From assembly GCA_038321985.1 (NCBI GenBank), contig JBBQFN010000012.1, positions 83,148 through 147,147 on the forward strand: a stretch of DNA of 64,000 bases, written 5' to 3'. The notes under the pieces are model-generated. The model had not been told where the DNA came from and searched no databases. It worked only from the letters and a program-made list of their open reading frames with translations. Of this stretch, positions 1 through 9,603 are shown piece by piece. Source of the DNA: Cyanophyceae cyanobacterium (GTDB lineage: Bacteria > Cyanobacteriota > Cyanobacteriia > Cyanobacteriales > Laspinemataceae). Position numbers and translations under genes: made by a program. Positions within the stretch are counted from its first letter, which is position 1. The number at the start of each line of letters is the position of its first letter.

Positions 1-82
1 CGATCGTACTTTTGACCCTACAACCACGCCGAGGGGAAAAATTGCAGCTTTGTGAGTTCCCAAAAAGCAGCCAGGAGACTCA
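1..82 (+). promoter_or_regulatory. Possible 3' end of a cobalamin (B12) riboswitch, truncated by the window edge
   Basis: B12-box-like AGCCAGGAGAC at 69-79 lies upstream of hupE/ureJ-cobW, genes commonly under B12 riboswitch control. The 5' part of the aptamer is not visible. Confidence 0.4.
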
Positions 83-227
83 CTTTCTAGGCCAATTTTT
101 GGGAAATCCGGTGTCGGAACCATCCCGAGTGCCGAAATTTTTCATCCCCATTGCGGGGGTTTAACCCTTGATGTTCCCTGAAAACGCACTCCAGTCGCAC
201 TTATGCCCCTGGTCCTACTCAATATAG

Positions 228-938
228 ATGTTGAACCCATCAAATTTTTTAACCGAACAAATGCTCAAGCAAACCCTCAACCGATTTCAACCTTTCCTAA
301 CTCGTAACCCCGGAATGAAAGGGGGATTAATGATAGTCGCTGTTGCAGTCGCCCTATTTTTGGCTGTTGAACCCGCCCTTGCCCATCACGGGATGGATTC
401 CGCTACCCCGAGTAACTTTTGGGAGGGACTTCTCTCGGGACTCGCACATCCGATTATTGGTCTCGATCATTTTGCCTTTGTGGTGGCGATCGCCTTACTG
501 TCTGCATTACATCCCTACGGCATCGGTATTCCAGTCGCCTTTGCGATCGCCGCAATGGGAGGAACCGGAATTCACTTACTCAGTATTGATATTCCGGCTG
601 TGGAAATGATCATTGCCGCTTCTGTACTCACAGTCGGAAGCCTACTGGCAATGAAAACACGGCCCAATTTAAAACTCGTCGCCGCAGTCGCCGCAGTCGC
701 TGGTATCTTTCACGGGTATGCTTACGGTGAAGCCATCATCGGCGCAGAAACCGCACCTTTACTCGCTTACCTGACTGGATTTACTGCCATCCAAATCGCC
801 GTCGCCTACGGTGCGGTCGCCCTAGCCCGAAAAGCCCTTAACGCTTTCGATCAAGGCCCTAACTTATCTCTAAGATTTGCCGGATTTACCATCGGGGGCA
901 TCGGCGCGGCATATCTGGCTTCTTCCATTCTGGGTTAA
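228..938 (+). CDS. HupE/UreJ family Ni/Co transporter (start may be 261)
   Basis: Signal peptide ending ALA-HH, GLAHPIIGLDH and FHGYAYG motifs, several TM helices, next to cobW. Confidence 0.9.
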   Translation: MLNPSNFLTEQMLKQTLNRFQPFLTRNPGMKGGLMIVAVAVALFLAVEPALAHHGMDSATPSNFWEGLLSGLAHPIIGLDHFAFVVAIALLSALHPYGIGIPVAFAIAAMGGTGIHLLSIDIPAVEMIIAASVLTVGSLLAMKTRPNLKLVAAVAAVAGIFHGYAYGEAIIGAETAPLLAYLTGFTAIQIAVAYGAVALARKALNAFDQGPNLSLRFAGFTIGGIGAAYLASSILG

Positions 939-955
939 TCCTCTGCCCCAGCATC

Positions 956-987
956 ATTAGGGTGAGGAATCAATCCCTCACCCTAAT
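956..987. terminator. Intergenic hairpin (REP-like or terminator)
   Basis: ATTAGGGTGAGG-N8-CCTCACCCTAAT, perfect 12-bp arms between hupE and cobW. Confidence 0.55.
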
Positions 988-1029
988 TATACCCTTACTC
1001 CCTCCTCTCACTTTCTCTCAACGTCACCC

Positions 1030-2070
1030 ATGCATAAAATACCCGTTACCGTCATCACTGGTTTTCTCGGGGCTGGCAAAACTAGCACCATTCGTAACCT
1101 CCTCCAAAACAATCACGGACGACGCATCGCCGTAATTGTCAATGAATTTGGGGAAGTCGGCATTGACGGCGAGTTTCTCAAATCCTGCCAAGTCTGTGAC
1201 GAATCTCCCGCGACAAATAGCAATATTATTGAACTGACCAACGGTTGCCTCTGTTGCACCGTTCAGGAAGAATTTTTGCCCACCATGCAGGAATTACTTA
1301 AACATCGCGATCGCCTCGATTGTATGTTAATCGAAACCTCCGGACTTGCCCTCCCAAAACCCTTGATCCAAGCCTTTCGCTGGCCGGAAATCCGTACAGG
1401 TGCAACAGTAGATGGAGTGGTTACCTTGGTCGATTGTGAGGCCGTCGCCGCCGGTACCCTCGTCGGTGACATTGATGCCTTAGAACAAGCTAGACAAGCC
1501 GACCCCAGTTTAGATCATGAAACCCCCATCGAAGAATTATTTGAAGATCAACTCGCCTGTGCGGATTTAGTATTATTAACCAAAATTGATTTAGTCGATG
1601 CAGAAACGCAAACTAAAGTCATCACTTGGCTGCGATCGCAACTGCCCCCCCATGTCAAAATTGTTCCCTGCAAAAGCAGTGAAATTACCGCCGAATTACT
1701 CCTAGGATTTAATGCCGCCGTCGAAGACAACCTCGACAGTCGTCCCAGTCATCATGACACCGAAGAGGAACATGATCACGATGATGAGATCACGTCCGTC
1801 AACATCATACTAGACCAAACCTTTGACCCCAAAACTTTAGTTGCCCAACTACAAAATCTAGTAGAAATAGCAGAAATTTATCGCATCAAAGGATTTGTAG
1901 CCGTTGCCAATAAACCCATGCGATTAGTTTTACAAGGCGTCGGCAAACGCTTCGACCACTTTTATGATCGCCCCTGGCAGGAAGCCGAACCTCAGCAAAC
2001 CCGCCTAGTCTTCATCGGACGTAACCTCAACCGCGACCAAATCTTAGAGGCGATCGACCCCAGTTCGTAG
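1030..2070 (+). CDS. cobW: Cobalamin biosynthesis G3E P-loop GTPase CobW
   Basis: GFLGAGKT Walker A, GCLCC motif, ETSGLALP, His/Asp-rich linker (HHDTEEEHDHDD), CobW_C domain. Confidence 0.92.
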   Translation: MHKIPVTVITGFLGAGKTSTIRNLLQNNHGRRIAVIVNEFGEVGIDGEFLKSCQVCDESPATNSNIIELTNGCLCCTVQEEFLPTMQELLKHRDRLDCMLIETSGLALPKPLIQAFRWPEIRTGATVDGVVTLVDCEAVAAGTLVGDIDALEQARQADPSLDHETPIEELFEDQLACADLVLLTKIDLVDAETQTKVITWLRSQLPPHVKIVPCKSSEITAELLLGFNAAVEDNLDSRPSHHDTEEEHDHDDEITSVNIILDQTFDPKTLVAQLQNLVEIAEIYRIKGFVAVANKPMRLVLQGVGKRFDHFYDRPWQEAEPQQTRLVFIGRNLNRDQILEAIDPSS

Positions 2071-2196
2071 TAACGACTTTAGTCGTTTTTTCTCTTAGTT
2101 CATAGTAACGATTTTAGTCGTTTCTTCTCTTAGTTCGTAGTAACGATTTTAGTCGTTTCTTCTCTTAGTTCGTAGTAACGACTAAAGTCGTTTCTT
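2062..2196 (+). repeat. Tandem repeat of about 4 x 35 bp built on a GTAG-type REP half-palindrome
   Basis: Units start at 2062, 2097, 2132 and 2167, consensus AGTTCGTAGTAACGA(C/T)TTTAGTCGTTTCTTCTCTT. No unique spacers. Confidence 0.9.
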
Positions 2197-2305
2197 CCTC
2201 TCCATCAAATCAGGTGCGTCAGTGGTGAAAACCCGTAAAAATTTACCTCCGGTTTCCCATCTGACGCCCCCTACTTGCATTCTCCTTCTATTAAAAAATC
2301 CCCCT

Positions 2306-3901
2306 TTAACCCAACAAATTTAACTCTCCCGGTGAATTCCCCACATCCCACAGGGAATCAGACAAAGTTCCCGTTTCAGCCGCTGAAACAGGAAGTGGGG
2401 CCATTGAAGCGATCGGACTATCAAAGCACCGAGGCGGCATGGGGGGAGGCAGTGCAACATAACCAGGTACGGGGGGATGCCTGGGAGCGAGGAATGGATA
2501 CCGATAAATGACAGAATAAGGTGTAGGATTTATCAGGTTATCAGACGCTTCCACCATCAGGACGAAATTCTCGGGATTAACGTTCTCTGAATTAAACTGG
2601 GTCGTAAAAACCTCCAAAAAGAGGCCATTCGGATCCGTGGTATTCAATTCAGAAATCACGGTAAATGCTTCGGGAGGAAGAACCGTAGTTTCATTCGGTA
2701 AATTAACTTGCTTTAAAACTTGGGCATCGATTCCGGTCCCTAAAACCTCCAAGTTCAACGGTTCCCGCAAGGACTCAGGTAAAAAGTCCGGATTAACATT
2801 AATAACTTTGATGTTAATCTGCTCGCTCAATCCGGGAAACTCCAAGGTGGGGGTCCGTAAATATTCCAGACGATAATAATCTACCCTGTCCTCATTTGAA
2901 AGCAAGCCATCTACTCGATCGGGATTGGCAACTTTGGTTTCTTCTAAATTTTGTCGAAAGCCTAATTGAACTTCCCCTAAAAAAGGAGCGGTTGCCAGAT
3001 TATTTTTTAAAGATTCTACCTCCGGCGCTAACGGAATTTTTTTACGAATTTCCTCAAATCCAAAGACCATAAAATGCGCGATCGCTTCTCGGTTGGTTAA
3101 CCCCGCTTGCTGCAAATCGGCATTACTAGCTAAATAGGTATTCACATCAAAATACGGCGAAGCTCTGCGCCCCTCATCTCGCCCAAAATCTTGGAAATGC
3201 TCAAATAATTGAGTATCGTTAAAACCCGCTAAATCTGGATGTTGGCTGCGATAGTACAGACTAGAATACACCAAATTTTCTTGTAATTTATCTTGAACTT
3301 GACTGACAAAGCTAAGGCGCGTTCTTTGCTGTCCCTCATCCACCCCAAACCGAATAAAATGTTCTAGGGCTTGTTCGTTCGTAAACCCAAGCTGCTGTAA
3401 ATCACCGGAGTTTTCCAGATAAGTGTTGACAGAAAAAGATGAACTCCCCTGGCGGCCTTCATTGACCCCAAAATTAACAAAATGTTGAAAAAGCTGCTGA
3501 TTACTCAAACCCCCTAAATCCGCATATCGTTGTTGGTAATACTCTGCATTAAAGTATTCAGGACGTATCGGGAACTGGCTTCGAGGGCTAACAAGAGAGA
3601 ACGACGCAAAATCAGTCTGGACTCTCAAAGGCCGACCTTCATCCAGTCCAAAGTCCCGTAAATGCTCAAAAGCAGTCCTTAACCGAGTTTGTGGTGAATT
3701 AAAAGTCTCTGCATTGGGATAAATTTCGCAGTTCCAGTCTGCATAAGTATCCAACATTTGGGGGGTTACCCATCGGGAAAATTCTCGCCCTTCTACCAAA
3801 CCAAAGGTGACTAAATGTTGTAAAGCCTCTTCATCACTCAATCCCCCTAGGTCTGAATTAACGCTGCGATAATAGCTCGGATCGAATAACTCTAAGGCCA
3901 T
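2306..3901 (-). CDS. Repeat protein with about 5-6 copies of an F-D-x3-Y-x5-DL...HF-x-x-FG-x2-EGR motif and a possible PPC-like C-terminal region
   Basis: 531-aa ORF with repeats FDPSYY..GLVEGR, FNAEYY..GVNEGR, FSVNTY..GVDEG, YSSLYY..GRDEGR and FDVNTY..GFEE, followed by NNLATA..DRVDYYRL. Confidence 0.75.
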   Translation of the reverse strand: MALELFDPSYYRSVNSDLGGLSDEEALQHLVTFGLVEGREFSRWVTPQMLDTYADWNCEIYPNAETFNSPQTRLRTAFEHLRDFGLDEGRPLRVQTDFASFSLVSPRSQFPIRPEYFNAEYYQQRYADLGGLSNQQLFQHFVNFGVNEGRQGSSSFSVNTYLENSGDLQQLGFTNEQALEHFIRFGVDEGQQRTRLSFVSQVQDKLQENLVYSSLYYRSQHPDLAGFNDTQLFEHFQDFGRDEGRRASPYFDVNTYLASNADLQQAGLTNREAIAHFMVFGFEEIRKKIPLAPEVESLKNNLATAPFLGEVQLGFRQNLEETKVANPDRVDGLLSNEDRVDYYRLEYLRTPTLEFPGLSEQINIKVINVNPDFLPESLREPLNLEVLGTGIDAQVLKQVNLPNETTVLPPEAFTVISELNTTDPNGLFLEVFTTQFNSENVNPENFVLMVEASDNLINPTPYSVIYRYPFLAPRHPPVPGYVALPPPMPPRCFDSPIASMAPLPVSAAETGTLSDSLWDVGNSPGELNLLG

Positions 3902-4718
3902 AATAATTTCCTAGGGAATTTACGCTGCTCCTACGCTAACTTGTGAATCGGGTTTCGTCAAATTGGTGCAATTGGCTACAATGGAGACTGCCGAGATTCT
4001 ATAGATTCAATCCCCCAGACCCTGCGACTTGTATCAATAACAGCTATGCGATCGCCTAAAGGTTTCTACCGGAGTTGGCAAGCCCAATAAGTGAGAACAC
4101 CGGACCGGATTTCCTCTATCCCATCTTCCTGTTTGAGGATGGTTAAATCTCACTGAGGGCGGCGATCGCATTCCATTCCCCTTGGAGTCTTTGTGCTATC
4201 CCCCGCAGCACAAAGGCGATCGCCCCCTTAGACCCCTCCCTATATTGCCTTCTCCAGCCCTTCCACTCCTCCCTCCTCAGTTTTTACCCTAGAATCCTGG
4301 GATACCTTGAAAAACAAAAAAAACTACAAAAATTTAAGATTTCATCCTCAGGAAAACCTGTAACAAGTGGTAGAATACAAAAATTATCTAAATTAAAAAA
4401 TAATTTAAAAAAATATTTTAATGAATTCCGATCTCAAAACAAAAAAGTTGTTTATGATAGAGGTATAGAAGTCTAACGGACGGGATAAAGAGAAATAGAC
4501 GGGGTAACCCGATTAAATTCTGCCTTGCTTATCCCAAAACAAGCCAGATCTGCCGTTTCCCCAAGTCAGACTTTGGAAAAGGGTAACCTAGATAACAGTG
4601 ACGGCTCTCTATCAAACAGACAGCAAGTCGTTCTCTTAGACAACTCATCAAAATCCTGCGGTTCGACCCATCGTGAGCCTATCTAAGCGTGGTACTACAG
4701 AGATAGGAAAATAACAAA

Positions 4719-7421
4719 ATGAACAGCAAAGTCACAAACACCCAAGAACTCGAAGAACTGATTCAGCGCGTCAAAGTCGCACAAGAAAAATATTCCACCT
4801 ACAGTCAGCAACAGGTGGATGAAATTTTCAAAAAAGCCGCCCTCGCTGCCAACTCGGCGAGAATACCCCTTGCCAAGAAAGCTGTCGCTGAAACCGGCAT
4901 GGGAGTCGTGGAAGACAAAGTGATTAAAAACCACTTTGCCTCAGAAATTATCTACAACAAATATAAGCACGAGAAGACCTGCGGCATCATCGAAGAGGAC
5001 AAATCTTTCGGCTTCCAGAAAATAGCCGAACCCGTGGGAATTCTCGCCGGAATCGTCCCGACAACCAATCCCACCTCCACAGCAATTTTTAAGGCCCTCC
5101 TCGCCCTCAAGACCCGGAACGGGATTATTTTCTCTCCCCACCCCCGGGCCAAAGAATGTACTCGGGATGCGGCAAAAATAATCCTAGAAGCTGCCGTAGC
5201 CGCTGGAGCGCCGGAAGACATCATTGGCTGGATTGACGAGCCAACGGTGCCGTTATCCCAGCATTTGATGCAGCATCCAGAAATCAAACTGATCTTAGCA
5301 ACCGGGGGTCCCGGCATGGTCAAAGCTGCCTACTCTTCGGGGCATCCGTCCCTAGGAGTGGGTGCAGGGAATACCCCAGCGGTGATCGACGCAACCGCCC
5401 ATATCAAGATGGCCGTTTCTTCAATTCTGATCAGTAAGACGTTTGACAACGGGATGATTTGTGCCTCAGAACAATCGGTGATTGTTGTAGATGAGGTGTA
5501 TGAGGAGGTCAAACAGGAATTTTGCGATCGCGGGGCATACTTCCTCAATCCGGAAGAACGGCAAAAACTCGGCAGCAAAATTATTATCAACGGACGATTA
5601 AATCCCGATATTGTCGGACAATCCATCCAAACTCTCGCGGCGATCGCAGATATTTCCGTCCCAGAAGAGACGCGGGTCCTAATTGGCGAAGTCGAGGAGA
5701 TTTCCGAAGCCGAACCCTTTGCTTACGAAAAACTCTCCGCCATCTTAGCCATGTATCGGGCTACCGACTTTCATGATGCCGTCCATAAAGCCCATGACTT
5801 GGTGCAATTTGGAGGACGGGGACATACCGCTGTGCTTTATACATCCCCGGCGAATACCCAGCATATCCATGAATTTGAAGGGCAAATGCAAACCGCGCGA
5901 GTGCTGATTAATACCCCCTCATCGCAAGGGGCGATCGGCGACCTGTATAACTTCCGCCTCGACCCCTCCCTCACCCTCGGGTGCGGCACCTGGGGAGGCA
6001 ACTCCATCAGCGAAAACGTTGCCCCACACCACCTCCTCAACATCAAAACCGTCTCGGAACGCCGGGAAAATATGCTTTGGTTCCGGATTCCGCCCAAAGT
6101 GTACTTTAAATATGGTTCCCTACCCATCGCCCTCCGGGAACTTGCCGGAAAACAACGCGCCTTTATCGTCACCGATAAACCGTTGTACGACATGGGTCTC
6201 ACTAAGTCCGTCGAAGAGGTTCTCGAAGAAATCGGAGTTAAATCTGATATCTTCTTCGATGTCGAACCCGATCCATCCCTAACTACCGTGAATAAGGGAC
6301 TGGAACGGATGAACTCTTTTAAACCCGACGTGATCATCGCCCTCGGGGGAGGGTCGCCAATGGATGCGGCGAAAGTCATGTGGTTGATGTACGAACATCC
6401 GGAAATCGAATTTGAAGGACTCGCCACCCGGTTTATGGACATCCGCAAACGGGTGTACGAACTGCCGCCATTGGGAGTTAAAGCGATCATGGTTGCCATT
6501 CCCACTACCTCGGGAACAGGTTCAGAAGTTACTCCCTTTGCGGTGGTAACCGACGATCGCACGGGGATTAAGTATCCCCTAGCGGATTATGCCCTCACCC
6601 CCAACATGGCGATCGTTGATCCGGAATTGGTGCTGAATATGCCCAAGAAACTCACCGCTTATGGTGGCATCGACGCCCTCACCCATGCCTTAGAAGCCTA
6701 CGTTTCCGTCTGTGCCTCCGAATTCACCAACGGATTGGCATTAGAAGCGATTCGCCTGCTGTTTAAGTATCTACCCTCAGCGTATAAAAACGGGGCCAAA
6801 GACCCCAAAGCGCGGGAGAAAGTGCATTATGCCGCCACGATGGCAGGGATGGCATTTGCCAATGCTTTCCTCGGCGTCTGTCACTCCATGGCACATAAAC
6901 TGGGTTCGACGTTCCATGTCCCCCACGGGTTAGCCAACGCCCTGATGATTTCTCACGTCATCCGGTATAATGCTACCGACACGCCATTTAAACAAGCCAT
7001 CTTCCCGCAATACAAATATCCCAACGCCAAATGGCGGTATGCGCGGATTGCCGACTATCTCGGACTGGGTGGGGATACCGAACAAGAGAAAATTGAGAAA
7101 CTGGTAGAGGCGATCGAGAACCTCAAGAAAGAGTTGGACCTTCCTCTGACCCTGAAAGAAGCCTTATCTGGGGATGACAAAGCCTTCTATGAAGAAGTCG
7201 AAGAAATGGCGGATCAGGCATTCGACGATCAATGTACCGGTGCCAATCCCCGCTATCCCCTGATTCGGGACCTCAAGGAGTTGTATATATTAGCCTACCG
7301 GGGTTGTCGCATCGACTCCGCCTTGTATCATCAAGAATCTCAGGAAGAGGTGTTACAAGGAAATAGCGCTGACAGCGTAACCTCTCTCATCCAGCCGGTG
7401 ATGGTGGAAAGTAACTCGTAA
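4719..7421 (+). CDS. adhE: Bifunctional acetaldehyde-CoA/alcohol dehydrogenase
   Basis: ALDH half (PTTNPTST, ATGGPGMV, ICASEQS) fused to an Fe-ADH half (GGGSPMD, PTTSGTGSEVT, CHSMAHKLG, HGLAN). Confidence 0.97.
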   Translation: MNSKVTNTQELEELIQRVKVAQEKYSTYSQQQVDEIFKKAALAANSARIPLAKKAVAETGMGVVEDKVIKNHFASEIIYNKYKHEKTCGIIEEDKSFGFQKIAEPVGILAGIVPTTNPTSTAIFKALLALKTRNGIIFSPHPRAKECTRDAAKIILEAAVAAGAPEDIIGWIDEPTVPLSQHLMQHPEIKLILATGGPGMVKAAYSSGHPSLGVGAGNTPAVIDATAHIKMAVSSILISKTFDNGMICASEQSVIVVDEVYEEVKQEFCDRGAYFLNPEERQKLGSKIIINGRLNPDIVGQSIQTLAAIADISVPEETRVLIGEVEEISEAEPFAYEKLSAILAMYRATDFHDAVHKAHDLVQFGGRGHTAVLYTSPANTQHIHEFEGQMQTARVLINTPSSQGAIGDLYNFRLDPSLTLGCGTWGGNSISENVAPHHLLNIKTVSERRENMLWFRIPPKVYFKYGSLPIALRELAGKQRAFIVTDKPLYDMGLTKSVEEVLEEIGVKSDIFFDVEPDPSLTTVNKGLERMNSFKPDVIIALGGGSPMDAAKVMWLMYEHPEIEFEGLATRFMDIRKRVYELPPLGVKAIMVAIPTTSGTGSEVTPFAVVTDDRTGIKYPLADYALTPNMAIVDPELVLNMPKKLTAYGGIDALTHALEAYVSVCASEFTNGLALEAIRLLFKYLPSAYKNGAKDPKAREKVHYAATMAGMAFANAFLGVCHSMAHKLGSTFHVPHGLANALMISHVIRYNATDTPFKQAIFPQYKYPNAKWRYARIADYLGLGGDTEQEKIEKLVEAIENLKKELDLPLTLKEALSGDDKAFYEEVEEMADQAFDDQCTGANPRYPLIRDLKELYILAYRGCRIDSALYHQESQEEVLQGNSADSVTSLIQPVMVESNS

Positions 7422-7460
7422 CATCTGAGAAACGCCTCCGGTGATGCTGGAGACTAACCT

Positions 7461-7490
7461 AAAAAAGCCCGTATTCATGCGGGCTTTTTT
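7461..7490. terminator. Bidirectional intrinsic terminator
   Basis: AAAAAAGCCCGTATTCATGCGGGCTTTTTT between the convergent adhE and the 7552-8502 gene. Confidence 0.85.
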
Positions 7491-7551
7491 GTTGGGGAGT
7501 AACCCGGTTTAATGACAGCTTACAGTTCTCAAAATTCTCTAACCTTTACAA

Positions 7552-8502
7552 TTATTTGAACTTACGACCAATGTAACCAATGATAATCTGACGTGTCCCT
7601 AAATCCGGAAAAAAATAAAGCCGCCAATCTCCCGGTGTCCTCCGAAAGTGCCAACTGAAGAGACGACTTTCACCATCGGGACAGTCAAAAGTTAGCTCTT
7701 TTTTAAACTGTTGCAGCCTTGAAACACTTTCTGGATCCACGTTAAGAAGGGCCTCTCTCTTGAAAGGACCAGAGGTCCACTGATTGCTGTAATTTTCCAA
7801 ATCATCTAATCGTTCTTTTACAGCCTTGAGCATCGGATCGTTCGCTAAGAGGGTTTTTAATTGCTTTTCCACCGCATTACAAAAATTCAAATGAGGGAAT
7901 AAATCTTCTTTACGCTGCCATAAATCCACCCCATCTCGCACTTGAACTTGAGTATAACTCTTAATCCAATCCGCGTGCTCTTCGACATGATCTTTATGAC
8001 TGGCATGGCGAATTTCTACTTTGTTATCTTCATCATTGTTTTCACATTTTATGATATCTACGCTGATATAGCTGCAATCCCAACAGTCTGCGGAAGGAAA
8101 GCTGATTGCAAGTGCATTCAGCAAGTAGGCGACGCCTAGTCCAATGGCGCGTTCCCCCTCATACCTATACTCATAATTTGCCTGGTTATTTTCAAGGTCT
8201 TGAATGTCTGGATTATCTATAGCATGGGAAAAGGGAGAATTCGTTGCAAGTGTTAGGATTATATCCCGTTTCATTTGATCTACTTCTTGATCATTAAGCC
8301 AGCGGAATAGGAGATAGTTGGGGGCAAGCTGGGTAGAATGAAAGTCATATTGCGTTCGCAGAGAAACTGATTCAGCACTATATTTTGCTATAGCATTTAT
8401 CGTGCCAATCAAATCTGACATCCATTGTCGTGCTTTGTAAATATCCGGTGCAGGATGCCGCAGAGATAGTTCATTTAATACCATTTCCATTTTTATTGTC
8501 AT
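7552..8502 (-). CDS. Putative effector of a Menshen-like system (NsnC-like), C-terminal RelE-like/nuclease-like region
   Basis: Third gene of the DUF262-ATPase operon, 6 bp after the ATPase stop. C-terminus FSWHFRRTPGDWRLYFFPD..IIIGYIGRKF resembles RelE-like folds. Confidence 0.6.
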   Translation of the reverse strand: MTIKMEMVLNELSLRHPAPDIYKARQWMSDLIGTINAIAKYSAESVSLRTQYDFHSTQLAPNYLLFRWLNDQEVDQMKRDIILTLATNSPFSHAIDNPDIQDLENNQANYEYRYEGERAIGLGVAYLLNALAISFPSADCWDCSYISVDIIKCENNDEDNKVEIRHASHKDHVEEHADWIKSYTQVQVRDGVDLWQRKEDLFPHLNFCNAVEKQLKTLLANDPMLKAVKERLDDLENYSNQWTSGPFKREALLNVDPESVSRLQQFKKELTFDCPDGESRLFSWHFRRTPGDWRLYFFPDLGTRQIIIGYIGRKFK

Positions 8503-8508
8503 GATATC

Positions 8509-9603
8509 TTATTTTTCGGCTGGTTCTAATAAACCAAACAAGCTCTTTTGCCATTCATTGAAGAAGCCATCGGGCCATTGGTCAATTCTTCCATTGCGAT
8601 CGATATGGGGAGAAATTACCTCGGTCATCCCTTGTTTAGTTCGACTCAAGAAGTGGCACTGGACATCTTTAGGGGCGAGTTTTCCACCATGAACAGCAAG
8701 ACGAATCCCATTTAAAACATGATCGCTATGAGTTTCTACGACCACTTGAACCCCACTACTTGCAGCTAAAGATAATAACTCGCCCATTTTGACTTGTCCT
8801 TTAGGATGCAGGTGAGCTTCGGGGTTTTCAAGGAGGATTAAAGTCCCGGGTTCCGATGCCAGCACTGCCACAATAATCGGCAAGGTGTAACTAATTCCAA
8901 ATCCAACATTAGTAGCACGGTAGGGATTGCTTAATCCGTAGGAATATTGTAAAATGACCAAATCTAAAGCCGGATTTGAATTGATTTTTATGCGAGTACC
9001 GGGACTGACTTCTCCCATCCAGGCCTCAACTTGACTATGTAGTGTGAGGGAATCCTCATCTAAATGTTTCAACCTGCTATTCGGAATAATTTCATCACTA
9101 TAAATAGACAGGAAATGTGCAGTATATTCACCTCTTATTCCCAGTTGTTGGTGCTGACGAACTTGAAAATCCGACCTTTCTATGCGGGGACCAATCCGTT
9201 CAGCCTGTAAATAATGGAAGCGATCGCTGAAAAGACTGGATTCATAAATAGTTGATGTATTGGGTTGAGAGGTAAGTCCTAAAAAATCCGTTTCTGAGCT
9301 ATAGCTAAAATCCCATCTACCTTGAGTATCATCTTCCCAGAGGACCTCAAACCCGATTGAGTTTTCTTTAGCCTCGGCAAACAGCGCATCTTTAGCCGTG
9401 CCAATACAAACCAAGTCTCCATTCAGCGCTAAACCTACATCGGGTAATAGTTTTTGTTGATAAGATTGCCGCAGCAGTAGGAGCGATTGCAGCACTGAAG
9501 ATTTACCTGTACTATTTAAACCGGAAAGCAACGTCAGGGGCTTAAACTCAAACGACTGTTCCTCGAAGGCTTTAAAGTGCTTTAATTTAACAAGGGTTAT
9601 CAT
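8509..9603 (-). CDS. AAA_15/AAA_21 ABC-type ATPase with C-terminal DUF3696 (NsnB-like)
   Basis: HFKAF, GLNSTGKS Walker A, NVGFGIS signature, LLENPEAHLHP Walker B/D-loop, ETHSDH, C-terminal WPDGFF. Confidence 0.88.
   Translation of the reverse strand: MITLVKLKHFKAFEEQSFEFKPLTLLSGLNSTGKSSVLQSLLLLRQSYQQKLLPDVGLALNGDLVCIGTAKDALFAEAKENSIGFEVLWEDDTQGRWDFSYSSETDFLGLTSQPNTSTIYESSLFSDRFHYLQAERIGPRIERSDFQVRQHQQLGIRGEYTAHFLSIYSDEIIPNSRLKHLDEDSLTLHSQVEAWMGEVSPGTRIKINSNPALDLVILQYSYGLSNPYRATNVGFGISYTLPIIVAVLASEPGTLILLENPEAHLHPKGQVKMGELLSLAASSGVQVVVETHSDHVLNGIRLAVHGGKLAPKDVQCHFLSRTKQGMTEVISPHIDRNGRIDQWPDGFFNEWQKSLFGLLEPAEK

Noticed and set aside
2062..2196. CRISPR array
   Set aside because: The 35-bp units are contiguous with no unique spacers, and no cas genes are in the window.
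5837..6562. 241-aa antisense ORF in adhE, and similar shadow ORFs such as 18076-18675, 63105-63611 and 2275-2511
   Set aside because: They lie antisense to or overlap confident genes and have no recognisable motifs.
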